Positions 48,455 through 57,865 of a DNA stretch of 64,000 bases are shown in pieces. Each line of letters starts with the position of its first letter. The first letter of the stretch is position 1. The position numbers were made by a program, and so were the translations under genes. The notes beneath the pieces were generated by a model that saw only the letters and a list, made by a program, of their open reading frames with translations, was not told the origin of the DNA and did not search any database. Origin of the DNA: Cohnella sp. (lineage in GTDB: Bacteria > Bacillota > Bacilli > Paenibacillales > Paenibacillaceae); the NCBI GenBank assembly GCA_028287445.1, contig JAQBPQ010000238.1:1295-65294 (forward strand). Direction: 5' to 3'.

Positions 48455-49801
48455 ATGCCCATCTATCGCGTATTGATCGTTGATGATTCGGCCTTCATGC
48501 GGAAAGTTTTCAGCGACAGGATCGATGCAGACGATGACTTTACGGTGGCATCCACCGCTTCCGACGGGGAAGAGGCGATCCGGCTGGCGCAGTCACTGGA
48601 ACCGGACATCATCACGATGGATCTCGAAATGCCTCGTATGAACGGTCTGGAAGCGTTGAGACGAATTATGGCGCTTCGCCCCACGCCGATCATCATGCTG
48701 TCCGCCATTACCGACAATGGGACGCGGGACACCATCAAGGCGCTGCAGTACGGGGCATTCGACTTCATCCACAAACCGGACACTTCGGTGAGACTGGATA
48801 TCCGGCAAGTGGGCGACGAACTGCTGGACAAGCTCCGCATCGCGATGGAATCCGTGAAAAAGGGTACGTTCCGGATGCTCCCCGCTGTGGAAGAGACCGG
48901 AACGTCCTTGTCCGAGACGAACGAGAAGCAGGCGGGAATCGCCGGAAATGAGCAGGAGCCGTCGCCCGAACACCTTTACGGCGGTTTACCGGAACCTCCT
49001 GAGCCTGCGGAACCGAAGTTGTCGTCGAAAGAGGAACTCCCGCAAACGCCACATATGCCGGTCAAGCCTGAGACGGCCGGGAAAGCACCGGTTAAGCCGG
49101 AAGCACGCCATGCATCTTCGGAGACTGGGCACCGAACCCCAACATTCGTTCCGAAGGCATCGCCGCAGGAAGTCAAAGCGAATAGCCAAACGAAAAATCG
49201 GCCGTCTGCCATGTTCACTCAGATCGTTGCGGTCGGCACATCCACCGGGGGGCCGCGGGCGCTTCATGAACTGTTGACCGGGTTGCCGGGAGACTTTGAA
49301 GCGCCGTTGCTGGTCGTGCAGCACATGCCGCCTAAATTCACGTTATCGCTCGCCCAACGGCTGGATTCCTTCTGCGCCATTCGAGTGCGGGAGGCGACGG
49401 AAGGCGAAAAGGTGGAAACCGCAACGGCTTATATCGCTCCCGGAGGCAAGCAGATGTCTTTGTCGAAGGACTCCTCCGGCACTTACCGGATTAAGCTGAC
49501 GCAGGAGGGACCCCGAAGCGGGCATATGCCCTCCGTGGATGTACTCTTCGAGTCGCTGGTCGGTCATCGCCAGTTAAAACGCCATATCGTGTTGATGACC
49601 GGTATGGGCAGCGACGGGGCCAAAGGGATGAAGGCGTTGCAAGAAGACGGTGCGCAAACCCGTATCGCGGAAGCGGAAGAAACTTGTGTCGTTTATGGCA
49701 TGCCGCGCTCGGCGGTCGAGCTTGGCGCCGTTACTCACCAGCTTCCACTCCAGCGGATCGCTCCAATCCTCGTGCACGAAGTGAATTCCCGCCACAAATA
49801 A
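48455..49801 (+). CDS. cheB: Chemotaxis methylesterase CheB with long linker
   Basis: N-terminal receiver domain; GTSTGGP, QHMP, TGMGSDG catalytic motifs. Confidence 0.96.
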   Translation: MPIYRVLIVDDSAFMRKVFSDRIDADDDFTVASTASDGEEAIRLAQSLEPDIITMDLEMPRMNGLEALRRIMALRPTPIIMLSAITDNGTRDTIKALQYGAFDFIHKPDTSVRLDIRQVGDELLDKLRIAMESVKKGTFRMLPAVEETGTSLSETNEKQAGIAGNEQEPSPEHLYGGLPEPPEPAEPKLSSKEELPQTPHMPVKPETAGKAPVKPEARHASSETGHRTPTFVPKASPQEVKANSQTKNRPSAMFTQIVAVGTSTGGPRALHELLTGLPGDFEAPLLVVQHMPPKFTLSLAQRLDSFCAIRVREATEGEKVETATAYIAPGGKQMSLSKDSSGTYRIKLTQEGPRSGHMPSVDVLFESLVGHRQLKRHIVLMTGMGSDGAKGMKALQEDGAQTRIAEAEETCVVYGMPRSAVELGAVTHQLPLQRIAPILVHEVNSRHK

Positions 49802-49841
49802 TTGGCCGAGTCAGATGAGCCATCCTGGAGGTGTCCGGCTA

Positions 49842-51887
49842 GTGGAACTGAATCAGTATTTGTCGATTTTCATCGACGAGGCTAACGATCATCTACAAGC
49901 ACTTAACGAAAATATGCTTCGGCTGGAGCAACAGCCGGAGGATATCGGCATCGTACAAGTCATTTTCCGTTCCGCCCATACCTTGAAGGGCATGTCAGCG
50001 ACGATGGGGTTTGAAGATCTCGCCTCCCTTACGCATGAGATGGAGAACGTGCTTGACTTGGTCCGCAATGACAAGCTGTCGATAAATGGAAACATTTTCG
50101 ATACGTTGTTCAAATGCTTGGACTCGCTGGATGGGATGATTCAAGATGTCGTGGGCGGGGGCACCGGCAAAGATGAGGTCGGCGAGCTGCTGCAGCGGCT
50201 GAAGGCCATCGTAGATGGAGACAGCGGCGGCAAACCGGCGCCGGCTAATTCGGCAAGCTCCGCAACTACCGCTTCAATCGTTCTGGATCAGTACCAGCAA
50301 TCCGTTTTGATGCAATCTCTGGAAAGCGGGTATCGTGCCTATTTCATCGAAGTAACGGTGCGCGAAGATTGCGTGCTCAAGGCGGCGCGCGCTTATATGG
50401 TGTTCGATGTGCTCGAACGCCTAGGCGAAGTGGTGAAGTCTCACCCGTCGGTGCAAGAGATCGAGCAAGAGAAGTTCGAACGAAGCTTCTCAGTGTACTA
50501 CATCACCCAAACGGATGAAGAGGTCCTAAAGGAACGGATCTCCCGAGTCTCTGAAATCGAATCCGTCCAGATGAACGCCGTCGATAAAGCTTCTCTGGCC
50601 GAGTTGCAAGGCACAACAACCGATACGGCAGCGACAGAGCGGGAAACCGCTGCAGCCTCGGCGCCTGCGCCGTCCGCCGAAGCGGAAACCGCCGCTCCTC
50701 GTCGAGCACCCGCTTCCAGTGGCGGCGGCAGTGCCGGCCCGAGAACGATCCGCGTCGATATCGAGCGCCTCGATTCACTCATGAACTTATTCAGCGAAAT
50801 GCTGATCGACCGGGTCCGGCTGGAGCAGTTGGCCTCCGAGATCAGGCGCAGCGACCTGACGGAAACGGTCGAACATATGGCGAGAGTCAGCTCCGATTTA
50901 CAAAGCATCGTGCTCAAACTTCGAATGGTTCCGGTGGACAGCGTCTTTAACCGTTTCCCTCGTATGGTGCGGGACTTGGCGAAATCACTGGACAAAAAAG
51001 TCGACCTTGTCATCACCGGTGCCGAAACGGAACTTGACCGAACCGTCATCGACGAAATCGGCGATCCTCTTGTCCATCTCATCCGTAACGCCGTCGACCA
51101 TGGCGTTGAGCCGATCACCGATCGCATCCAAGCCGGGAAAGCGGTCACGGGCACCGTTCATCTGAGAGCTTACCATAGCGGCAACCACGTGATGATCGAG
51201 ATTGAGGAAGATGGGCGAGGCATCAACCGCAGCAAGGTTCTGGAAACCGCGGTGAAGCGCGGCGTCGTTGCGGCCGAGGCCGCGAAAGGACTTAGCGATG
51301 AAGAAGTGAACATGCTGATTTTCGCAGCCGGCTTCAGCACCGCAGATAAGGTTTCAGACATCTCGGGACGGGGCGTCGGTCTCGATGTGGTCAAATCCAA
51401 GATCGCCTCGCTTGGCGGTCATGTGTCGGTCCAATCTACATTGGGCAAAGGAACTACTTTTTCCATCCAACTGCCTCTGACGTTATCCATCATTACCGCA
51501 ATGCTCATCAAGCTCGGATCGGAAAAATTCGCATTCCCGCTTTCTTCCATTGTCGAGACGGCAACGGTCAAACGTGAGAATATTCGCTCCATGCACGGAA
51601 CATTCATCGTGGAATACCGGCAGTCGATTATTCCTGTGATGTCTTTAGCCGAGTTGGTGGATTCGCCGGATTACCGGGACCAGGAGGAAGCGGAGACGGA
51701 AATGCTGGTTATCCGCAAAGGGGACAAGATGGCCGCGGTGCTGGTGGACGAATTCATCGGTCAAAGCGAAATCGTGCTCAAGACGCTGGGCAAATATTTG
51801 ACCAATCTGGACCTCGTCTCTGGAGCGACCATTCTCGGCGACGGCCAGGTAGCGCTCATCATCGATCCGAACGCTTTGTTCAAGTGA
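49842..51887 (+). CDS. cheA: Chemotaxis histidine kinase CheA
   Basis: FRSAHTLKG, HLIRNAVDHG, SGRGVGLDVV, CheW-like tail; GTG 49842. Confidence 0.97.
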   Translation: MELNQYLSIFIDEANDHLQALNENMLRLEQQPEDIGIVQVIFRSAHTLKGMSATMGFEDLASLTHEMENVLDLVRNDKLSINGNIFDTLFKCLDSLDGMIQDVVGGGTGKDEVGELLQRLKAIVDGDSGGKPAPANSASSATTASIVLDQYQQSVLMQSLESGYRAYFIEVTVREDCVLKAARAYMVFDVLERLGEVVKSHPSVQEIEQEKFERSFSVYYITQTDEEVLKERISRVSEIESVQMNAVDKASLAELQGTTTDTAATERETAAASAPAPSAEAETAAPRRAPASSGGGSAGPRTIRVDIERLDSLMNLFSEMLIDRVRLEQLASEIRRSDLTETVEHMARVSSDLQSIVLKLRMVPVDSVFNRFPRMVRDLAKSLDKKVDLVITGAETELDRTVIDEIGDPLVHLIRNAVDHGVEPITDRIQAGKAVTGTVHLRAYHSGNHVMIEIEEDGRGINRSKVLETAVKRGVVAAEAAKGLSDEEVNMLIFAAGFSTADKVSDISGRGVGLDVVKSKIASLGGHVSVQSTLGKGTTFSIQLPLTLSIITAMLIKLGSEKFAFPLSSIVETATVKRENIRSMHGTFIVEYRQSIIPVMSLAELVDSPDYRDQEEAETEMLVIRKGDKMAAVLVDEFIGQSEIVLKTLGKYLTNLDLVSGATILGDGQVALIIDPNALFK

Positions 51888-51913
51888 ACAGGCGCCCATA
51901 AGGAGGAATACGC

Positions 51914-52381
51914 ATGGCAGAAGAGCTGAAAGTGATCGTCTTCATGTTGGGAAACGAAGAATACGGCATCGAAGTGGACAAGGTTCGCACGATTGAGCGG
52001 ATGACTCCGATCACCCGGGTGCCGAAAACTCCTGAGTTCGTTAAAGGGGTCATCAACCTGAGAGGTGTGGTGGTACCGGTCATCAATCTCCGGGGCCGGT
52101 TCGGGCTGGCCGAGACGGAGGCCACCGAAAATTCCCGTATCATTATCGTAGCGGCGAATGACATGGAGGTCGGATTCATCGTCGATTCCGCCAACGACGT
52201 CATGGACGTGATGAGCGATGCGATCGAAGTGCCGCCGGAGGTTGTGGGCGGGATAAAAGCCAAATATTTGAGCGGTGTCGCCAAAGTGGAAAATAACCGC
52301 CTGCTCATTCTGCTGAACCTGTCGGAAGTGCTGAACCGGTCGGAAATCGTTCAATTGGAACAGTTCGGGAGCGAATCGTGA
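51914..52381 (+). CDS. cheW: Chemotaxis coupling protein CheW
   Basis: ITRVP, GVINLRG, VGFIVD. Confidence 0.96.
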   Translation: MAEELKVIVFMLGNEEYGIEVDKVRTIERMTPITRVPKTPEFVKGVINLRGVVVPVINLRGRFGLAETEATENSRIIIVAANDMEVGFIVDSANDVMDVMSDAIEVPPEVVGGIKAKYLSGVAKVENNRLLILLNLSEVLNRSEIVQLEQFGSES

Positions 52382-52998
52382 TCCTTTTTCCCAAAGACGA
52401 AGAGTTCAAAATGGATGTGCTTCGCGAGGTCGGCAACATCGGTTCCGGTCACGCAGCCACCGCTCTATCGACCTTGATGGACAGACAGGTGGACATGGCG
52501 GTGCCAACGGTCAGCCTGCTGCCTTTCGAATCGATTGCCGACCGCGTCGGCGGTTCGGAAGCCATCGTCGTGGCGATTTTTCTCCGGATTGAGGGTCCGG
52601 CCCCCGGCAATATGTTTTTTATCCTCCGCCCCGGCTCTGCACGTCGGCTGCTTGCGAGGTTCCCTGTATTCGACGATTTTGAAGCTGACCAGTATTCGGA
52701 GCTGGAATTGTCTGCCTTGTGTGAAATCGGCAATATCCTTGCCGGCTCCTATCTGTCATCGCTAGGCGATTTCACCGGTTTATATATGTCACCGTCCGTT
52801 CCCTCCATCGCCGTAGACATGGCGGGAGCCATCCTCAGCTACGGGCTGATGCAATTCGGAACAATGGGGGATGATGCCTTGCTGATCGACACGATTTTTT
52901 TGGAAGGCGGACAAGAGGCAGATGGGCAATTTTTCCTGATTCCCGATCCGGAATCGTTCAACAAGATGTTTCAGGCGCTCGGGGTGCCGGTGGAATGA
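52378..52998 (+). CDS. cheC: CheY-P phosphatase CheC
   Basis: EVGNIGSGHAATALS, EIGNILAGSY, DMAGAIL. Confidence 0.95.
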   Translation: MILFPKDEEFKMDVLREVGNIGSGHAATALSTLMDRQVDMAVPTVSLLPFESIADRVGGSEAIVVAIFLRIEGPAPGNMFFILRPGSARRLLARFPVFDDFEADQYSELELSALCEIGNILAGSYLSSLGDFTGLYMSPSVPSIAVDMAGAILSYGLMQFGTMGDDALLIDTIFLEGGQEADGQFFLIPDPESFNKMFQALGVPVE

Positions 52999-53489
52999 TT
53001 GAAGTCACCTTAATCAAAGTAGGAATGGCTGATTTGAACATCGCGAGCGGAGGAGCGTTGCTCAAGACGACCGGTCTCGGCTCTTGCGTCGGTGTCACCC
53101 TATATGATCCCCAGCTCAAATTGGCCGGAATGGCCCATATCATGCTGCCCTTGTCGGAAATTGCCAGAGAAGGACAGCTCAATGTGGCCAAATATGCGGA
53201 TACCGCGATTCCGGAATTGATCCGGCGTCTGCGTGAGAAGGGTGCGGATATCAAGCGGCTGGTGGCCAAAATGGCCGGAGGCGCTCAAATGTTCGCTTTC
53301 GCGGGGGGCGGCGATTCCATGCGGATCGGTCCCCGGAACGTCGAGTCCGCCAAACTCATGCTTGACTCGTTCTCTATCCCTCTGGCAGCCGAAGATACGG
53401 GAGCGAACTATGGCCGTACGGTGGAATTGGACAGCGGCACCGGAATCTTGATGATCCGAAGCGTTCAATTGGGAGTAAAGGAGATTTAG
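52995..53489 (+). CDS. cheD: Chemoreceptor glutamine deamidase CheD
   Basis: GLGSCVG, AHIMLP, KYADTA, GGAQMF. Confidence 0.96.
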   Translation: MIEVTLIKVGMADLNIASGGALLKTTGLGSCVGVTLYDPQLKLAGMAHIMLPLSEIAREGQLNVAKYADTAIPELIRRLREKGADIKRLVAKMAGGAQMFAFAGGGDSMRIGPRNVESAKLMLDSFSIPLAAEDTGANYGRTVELDSGTGILMIRSVQLGVKEI

Positions 53490-53490
53490 C

Positions 53491-53901
53491 ATGATCGGTT
53501 CTTGGCGCTGGAATGCCGGTTTCGGCGGGTTGGGGGCGGCGCTGACGTTACTGTTCTCGCTGATAAACAACCCGATCGTCACCACGTTGCTGCGAAGTTT
53601 CTACGCTTTTGTGGCGTTTGCCCTGCTGGCTTTTGTTGTGCGTTTTGTTCTTGGCCTGCTGCTCCCATCAGCTCACTCCCATGCGGACGAGCTGCGGGAA
53701 GAAGAACGGGGGGCCGTTCTCGATTTGGTTACGCCGGGCGAGGACGGCGATTTGAGTCGATTGATGAAGGAACAATGGGCGGACGGCAAAGAAAGTCCGA
53801 TATCCGGCTTCCAGCCTTTACAACCCAAGCGGTTGGTGTCGCTGGATGACCCCGATCCGGAGCAAGTGGTTCAGGCCATTCGCCGCCTGACCGACGAATA
53901 A
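53491..53901 (+). CDS. Uncharacterised 2-TM membrane protein between cheD and sigD
   Basis: Tightly packed ORF with SD; two hydrophobic N-terminal segments, acidic tail ending PEQVVQAIRRLTDE. Confidence 0.8.
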   Translation: MIGSWRWNAGFGGLGAALTLLFSLINNPIVTTLLRSFYAFVAFALLAFVVRFVLGLLLPSAHSHADELREEERGAVLDLVTPGEDGDLSRLMKEQWADGKESPISGFQPLQPKRLVSLDDPDPEQVVQAIRRLTDE

Positions 53902-53917
53902 GGACGGTGAACCCAAA

Positions 53918-54706
53918 ATGGTCGATCAAACACGTTCCCGGTTGTCCCATCAGGAGTTGTGGCTGAGTTGGAAAGAAGCCGGTGATCCGGATGCCAGAAA
54001 GACGTTGATCGAACATTATTTGCCGCTGGTGGAATACGTGTCGAGCCGGATGGCCGCCACTTTGCCCAAAAACGTCATGAAAGACGATTTGGCCAGCAAC
54101 GGCGTCATGGGATTGATTGACGCCATTGAAAAATTCGATTACCAGCGGGGACTACAATTTGAAACTTACGCTTCCTGGCGGATTCGCGGGGCCATTATCG
54201 ACGGGCTTCGCCAGGGCGATTGGGTGCCGCGCTCGGTTCGCGACAAAGCGAAAAAAATGGAAGACGCATACACCGTGCTGGAGCAGAAACATTTGCGTTC
54301 CGCCACGGATGAAGAGGTGTGCGCCTACTTGAACATAACGGAAAAAGAATTCAGGCAAATGCTGCAGGAAGTTGCGGTGGCAGCCATTTGTTCGCTGGAA
54401 GATCCGATCCGCGAGGAAGAATCCGAGACCCGGCTATCGCTTCTGGTGGACGAGAAAGCTCGTAATCCGGAGTCCAAAGTTCACGAAACGTTTCTGAGAG
54501 ATACGCTTACGCAGGGAATCGGACGTCTCACAGAGAAGGAACGAACCGTCGTGTCCCTATTTTATTATGAAGATTTATCGCTCAGTGAAATCGCTGAGGT
54601 GATGTCCTTGTCGCCGTCTCGCATTTCCCAGCTCCATTCCAAGGCCATTTTGAGATTACGGGGCGCCTTGGCGAAGCAAAGAGATCACTTGCTCCAGAAC
54701 GGATAG
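53918..54706 (+). CDS. sigD: Flagellar sigma factor SigD (FliA/WhiG family)
   Basis: FETYASWRIRGAIIDGLR-DWVPRS, SRISQLHSKA. Confidence 0.96.
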   Translation: MVDQTRSRLSHQELWLSWKEAGDPDARKTLIEHYLPLVEYVSSRMAATLPKNVMKDDLASNGVMGLIDAIEKFDYQRGLQFETYASWRIRGAIIDGLRQGDWVPRSVRDKAKKMEDAYTVLEQKHLRSATDEEVCAYLNITEKEFRQMLQEVAVAAICSLEDPIREEESETRLSLLVDEKARNPESKVHETFLRDTLTQGIGRLTEKERTVVSLFYYEDLSLSEIAEVMSLSPSRISQLHSKAILRLRGALAKQRDHLLQNG

Positions 54707-54722
54707 AGAGGAGGCGCTGCTT

Positions 54723-56135
54723 GTGTCAACCCAAAATCCATCACAGTTCCAGGAATGGCTTCAAGTTACGGTATCCGAGGACAAAATGAACGCTTATTTG
54801 ATTTTCCGGAGCGTGGAAGGCGAAGTGAATTTGACGACCCGCGAGCTGGAGACATTCCTCGCGTCCCAAGGAATCAAATTCGGTGTGCAGCAAGACCTGT
54901 TGTACCTCATTGCCCAGAGGCCGCAGGATTTTTACTTTACCCAGAACGTCATTGCCGTCGGAATACCGCCGAGAAACGGACAAGACGGCTCCATTCACAT
55001 TCTCTACGAATTGAACGACCAGAAGAATGGCCGACCGGCGGAACGGGAGGACGGCAGCGTCGACTTCAAGGAAGTAACCCAGCTGGCTAACGTCAAAACC
55101 GGCCAATTGATCGCGGAGAGAGTTCCTCCTGTTCCCGGAGAAGCTGGGAAAGCCGTTACCGGGGAAGACATTCCGGGCAAAGACGGCAAGGAAGCCTTGT
55201 TTAAGATCGGCAAAAACGTAGTCGTGAATCCTGAAAAAACCGCCATGTATTCAGCGATCGACGGATTGGTTACGAAGACAGAAAAGGATAGACTGAACGT
55301 TTTCCCGGTATATGAAGTGAACGGAGACGTGGATTATAAGATAGGAAATATCGATTTTGTAGGGACCGTCGTGATCCGGGGCAACATTTTAACCGGATTT
55401 CGCGTGAAGGCATCCGGCGACATCCGCGTGACCGGGGGAATTGAGGGCGCCGAGGTGGAGTCCGAAGGGTCGATCGAAATTTCCGGCGGCATCATAGGGA
55501 GCAATAAAGGTTACGTCAAAGCCGGGCGCAATATCAGATGTTCCTTTATTCAAGAAGGTAATGCTTCTGCCGGCGATGAGATCATCGTCAATCAAAGCAT
55601 CATGCACTCGAATGTCCGTGCCGGCCGCAACGTCATTTGCAATGGGAACAAAGGTCTTGTCGTTGGTGGAATGGTTCAGTCTGGAGATCGGGTCATCGCC
55701 CGTACGATCGGCAATTCCATGTCGACCGCCACCTCGATCGAAGTAGGCGTACGGCCGGAGCTTCGACAGGAGCTCGTTGATCTTAGGCAGCAAATGCGGC
55801 AGTTCACGGAAAGTTTGGACAAAGCCGACAAAGCGTTGACGCTCATCGATCAGTTAGCGGCAGCCGGCCAGTTGTCACCGGACAAGCTGGCACTTCGAGT
55901 GAAGCTGAATGTAACCAAACGGCAAAGCGTGGAAGAAATGCAGGCTGCCAAGGAACGAGTTTTGGAAATCGAGAAAACGCTGGAAGATGTCACGACGGCC
56001 AGAGTGGACGCGATCTATACGATCTTCGGCGGGACGAAAATTGTCATTGGACGTTATACACGCTTTGTGAAGGACAGTGTCCAACGCGTCTCTTTCCGGC
56101 AAGCGGATGGGGACATCGTGATGATTCCTTTATAA
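54723..56135 (+). CDS. DUF342/FapA-family protein
   Basis: VSEDKMNAYL, GSVDFKE, VNGDVDYKIGNIDFVG, beta-helix-like repeats and coiled coil. Confidence 0.88.
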   Translation: MSTQNPSQFQEWLQVTVSEDKMNAYLIFRSVEGEVNLTTRELETFLASQGIKFGVQQDLLYLIAQRPQDFYFTQNVIAVGIPPRNGQDGSIHILYELNDQKNGRPAEREDGSVDFKEVTQLANVKTGQLIAERVPPVPGEAGKAVTGEDIPGKDGKEALFKIGKNVVVNPEKTAMYSAIDGLVTKTEKDRLNVFPVYEVNGDVDYKIGNIDFVGTVVIRGNILTGFRVKASGDIRVTGGIEGAEVESEGSIEISGGIIGSNKGYVKAGRNIRCSFIQEGNASAGDEIIVNQSIMHSNVRAGRNVICNGNKGLVVGGMVQSGDRVIARTIGNSMSTATSIEVGVRPELRQELVDLRQQMRQFTESLDKADKALTLIDQLAAAGQLSPDKLALRVKLNVTKRQSVEEMQAAKERVLEIEKTLEDVTTARVDAIYTIFGGTKIVIGRYTRFVKDSVQRVSFRQADGDIVMIPL

Positions 56136-56170
56136 AAACAGCACCTATCCTTAGGCGGGAGTGATCGGCC

Positions 56171-56491
56171 GTGAGTTACAAATCGATCGATGTGCAGACT
56201 TCTCTTCCTCGGGCTGCGGAGCTGACCCCCATGGCTCAGCATCAGCAGCAGCGGTCGTCTGCCGAACAGGCCATGCTTGCCGGACAGACGGTCAAGTCTG
56301 CCGAGCAGCAGGCGTCGCGGATGACGAAGGCGGAGTCGGCCTCGAAAGGCGACATCACGGATCGGCAACCAAGGGGAGGAGGGGGGCGGCAGCCTTCCAA
56401 ACCGCACCAAAGAACCGACGGAACGGAGCAGGAGGAGACGAATCGCTCCGAACATCCGTTCAAAGGGAAACATATTGACTTCATAGGGTGA
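56171..56491 (+). CDS. Small uncharacterised Gln-rich protein
   Basis: GTG after GGGAG; IDVQTSLPR N-terminus, HPFKGKHIDFIG C-terminus; fills the gap in the operon. Confidence 0.7.
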   Translation: MSYKSIDVQTSLPRAAELTPMAQHQQQRSSAEQAMLAGQTVKSAEQQASRMTKAESASKGDITDRQPRGGGGRQPSKPHQRTDGTEQEETNRSEHPFKGKHIDFIG

Positions 56492-56524
56492 CAACGCCGC
56501 CGGGAGAGGGGAACGATAGGTAGA

Positions 56525-57085
56525 ATGAGTCCGTGGGTTAGCGTGGTATTATTCGGATTTGCCGTGTTCGGTCTCGCTTGGCTCACGCCCAAACGCAGCC
56601 AGGGTGAGGAAGGGTCCGGCATCGTCGGCGATGCGGCTTACGATCGGCTGCTGGAAGATTTGGAGATGGAAAACCGCGAGCTCGTGGACGCCGTCACCAT
56701 TTTTAAACAGGAACAGGATCAAACGGTGCACCGGTTGGGCAACCGGATTGTCGAACTGGAACGGCAAATGAAAGTGTGGACAGAGCAACCGTTGAGCGCT
56801 TCCGCTGCGAAAATACCGGCACCTGAAGCGCCCTCTATTCCCGATTCGGCTGCGGCGCCGGATCAGGCGCAGGAAGCTGCGGCACAGCCGGCGGCGGACA
56901 TAGAGTCTGATCGTGATGAGGCTGATCTTCCTCCTTCCTCTATTCGGGTCCGGTACGCGGAACTCATCGCCTTGCACAACAAAGGCCGATCCATGGACCA
57001 GATCGCCAAGTCGGCCGGGATGAACAAAGGCGAAGTGCAATTGATTTTGCAACTAGCGCGGCGGGAGGAAGAACAGCTTGCGTAA
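56525..57085 (+). CDS. SwrB (YlxL)-like membrane protein with C-terminal HTH-like motif
   Basis: N-terminal TM, coiled coil, GRSMDQIAKSAGMNKGEVQLILQL; between sigD region and rpsB. Confidence 0.75.
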   Translation: MSPWVSVVLFGFAVFGLAWLTPKRSQGEEGSGIVGDAAYDRLLEDLEMENRELVDAVTIFKQEQDQTVHRLGNRIVELERQMKVWTEQPLSASAAKIPAPEAPSIPDSAAAPDQAQEAAAQPAADIESDRDEADLPPSSIRVRYAELIALHNKGRSMDQIAKSAGMNKGEVQLILQLARREEEQLA

Positions 57086-57608
57086 ACACCGGAAATGGCT
57101 GATGGGATTTGGCATCGGGGTCATCATTGGAGCGTGTATGCTTCAGCTCATCACCTTCGCCCAAGCACAGGATCAGGCACTAACCATCCCGGACGGTAAG
57201 AAGTATACCCAACAGCAACTGGATGCCGAAGTCGCCAAAGCGTTAGCCGGCGCTCAAAAACAACCTTCGACTTCGGCACCAGGCTTCGGTTCGCCGGACG
57301 CTTCCAAACCGCCCAAAGTTGAGCCGGGTTCCTCCCAGAAGCCGGGCACCAAAGAACCGGCACCGTCGGCGGCTTCCGCCAAAGGAGACGCACAGGGGAG
57401 AGTCGTATCGATTTATATCAGCAAAGACATGTATCTGAACGATGTAGCCGCCAGACTGAAGAAGTTGGGCGTTATCGATAACGTCAATGACTTCTTGAAT
57501 CAGGCAAGTTCGATCAGCAAAAAGCTCAAAATCGGTACCAGCACGTTTCAGGACAAACCGACTTATAAGCAAATCATGGACGAGTTGATCCGCCCCAAAA
57601 ATGACTGA
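57078..57608 (+). CDS. Uncharacterised membrane-anchored protein, possibly YceG-like C-terminal domain
   Basis: N-terminal TM, Pro/Ser linker, [23 protein letters not shown]...LKIGT. Confidence 0.7.
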   Translation: MRKHRKWLMGFGIGVIIGACMLQLITFAQAQDQALTIPDGKKYTQQQLDAEVAKALAGAQKQPSTSAPGFGSPDASKPPKVEPGSSQKPGTKEPAPSAASAKGDAQGRVVSIYISKDMYLNDVAARLKKLGVIDNVNDFLNQASSISKKLKIGTSTFQDKPTYKQIMDELIRPKND

Positions 57609-57619
57609 GAGAAAATTCG

Positions 57620-57654
57620 AACCGTCGACACCGACACCGGCTTGGCGGTTTTTT
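57620..57654 (+). terminator. Probable terminator ending the fla/che transcript
   Basis: AACCGTCGA...TTGGCGGTT followed by a T-tract. Confidence 0.5.
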
Positions 57655-57686
57655 AGCGGCCAATGCGATTAGGCTGCTCACGGCCA

Positions 57687-57715
57687 TTGCGTGCCTGCTG
57701 CTAATGTGTTATATT
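57687..57715 (+). promoter_or_regulatory. Sigma-A promoter for rpsB-tsf
   Basis: TTGCGT-N17-TATATT with TG extension. Confidence 0.65.
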
Positions 57716-57721
57716 ATCTGT

Positions 57722-57860
57722 CGGTGTGAAAAAACACACGCTGTTCAATTTCGTCAACGGTGCTCCAGTTTCTCAGGGTTTTCCTGCACATGGAGTTTTG
57801 GCGAAAGATGCGAGCGGCGGCGGAGCTTCACCTATACAACCATTTTATCAGGAGGTGCAG
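57722..57860 (+). ncRNA. Putative rpsB (S2) leader RNA
   Basis: About 140 nt structured leader (CACACGCTG start, TTTCGTCAA...TTGGCGAAA stem, GGCGGAG end) between promoter and rpsB; boundaries approximate. Confidence 0.5.
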
Positions 57861-57865
57861 GAAAG

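Noticed and set aside
57704-57865. 54-aa N-terminal extension of RpsB
   Set aside because: It spans the promoter and structured leader; the canonical start with SD is ATG 57866.
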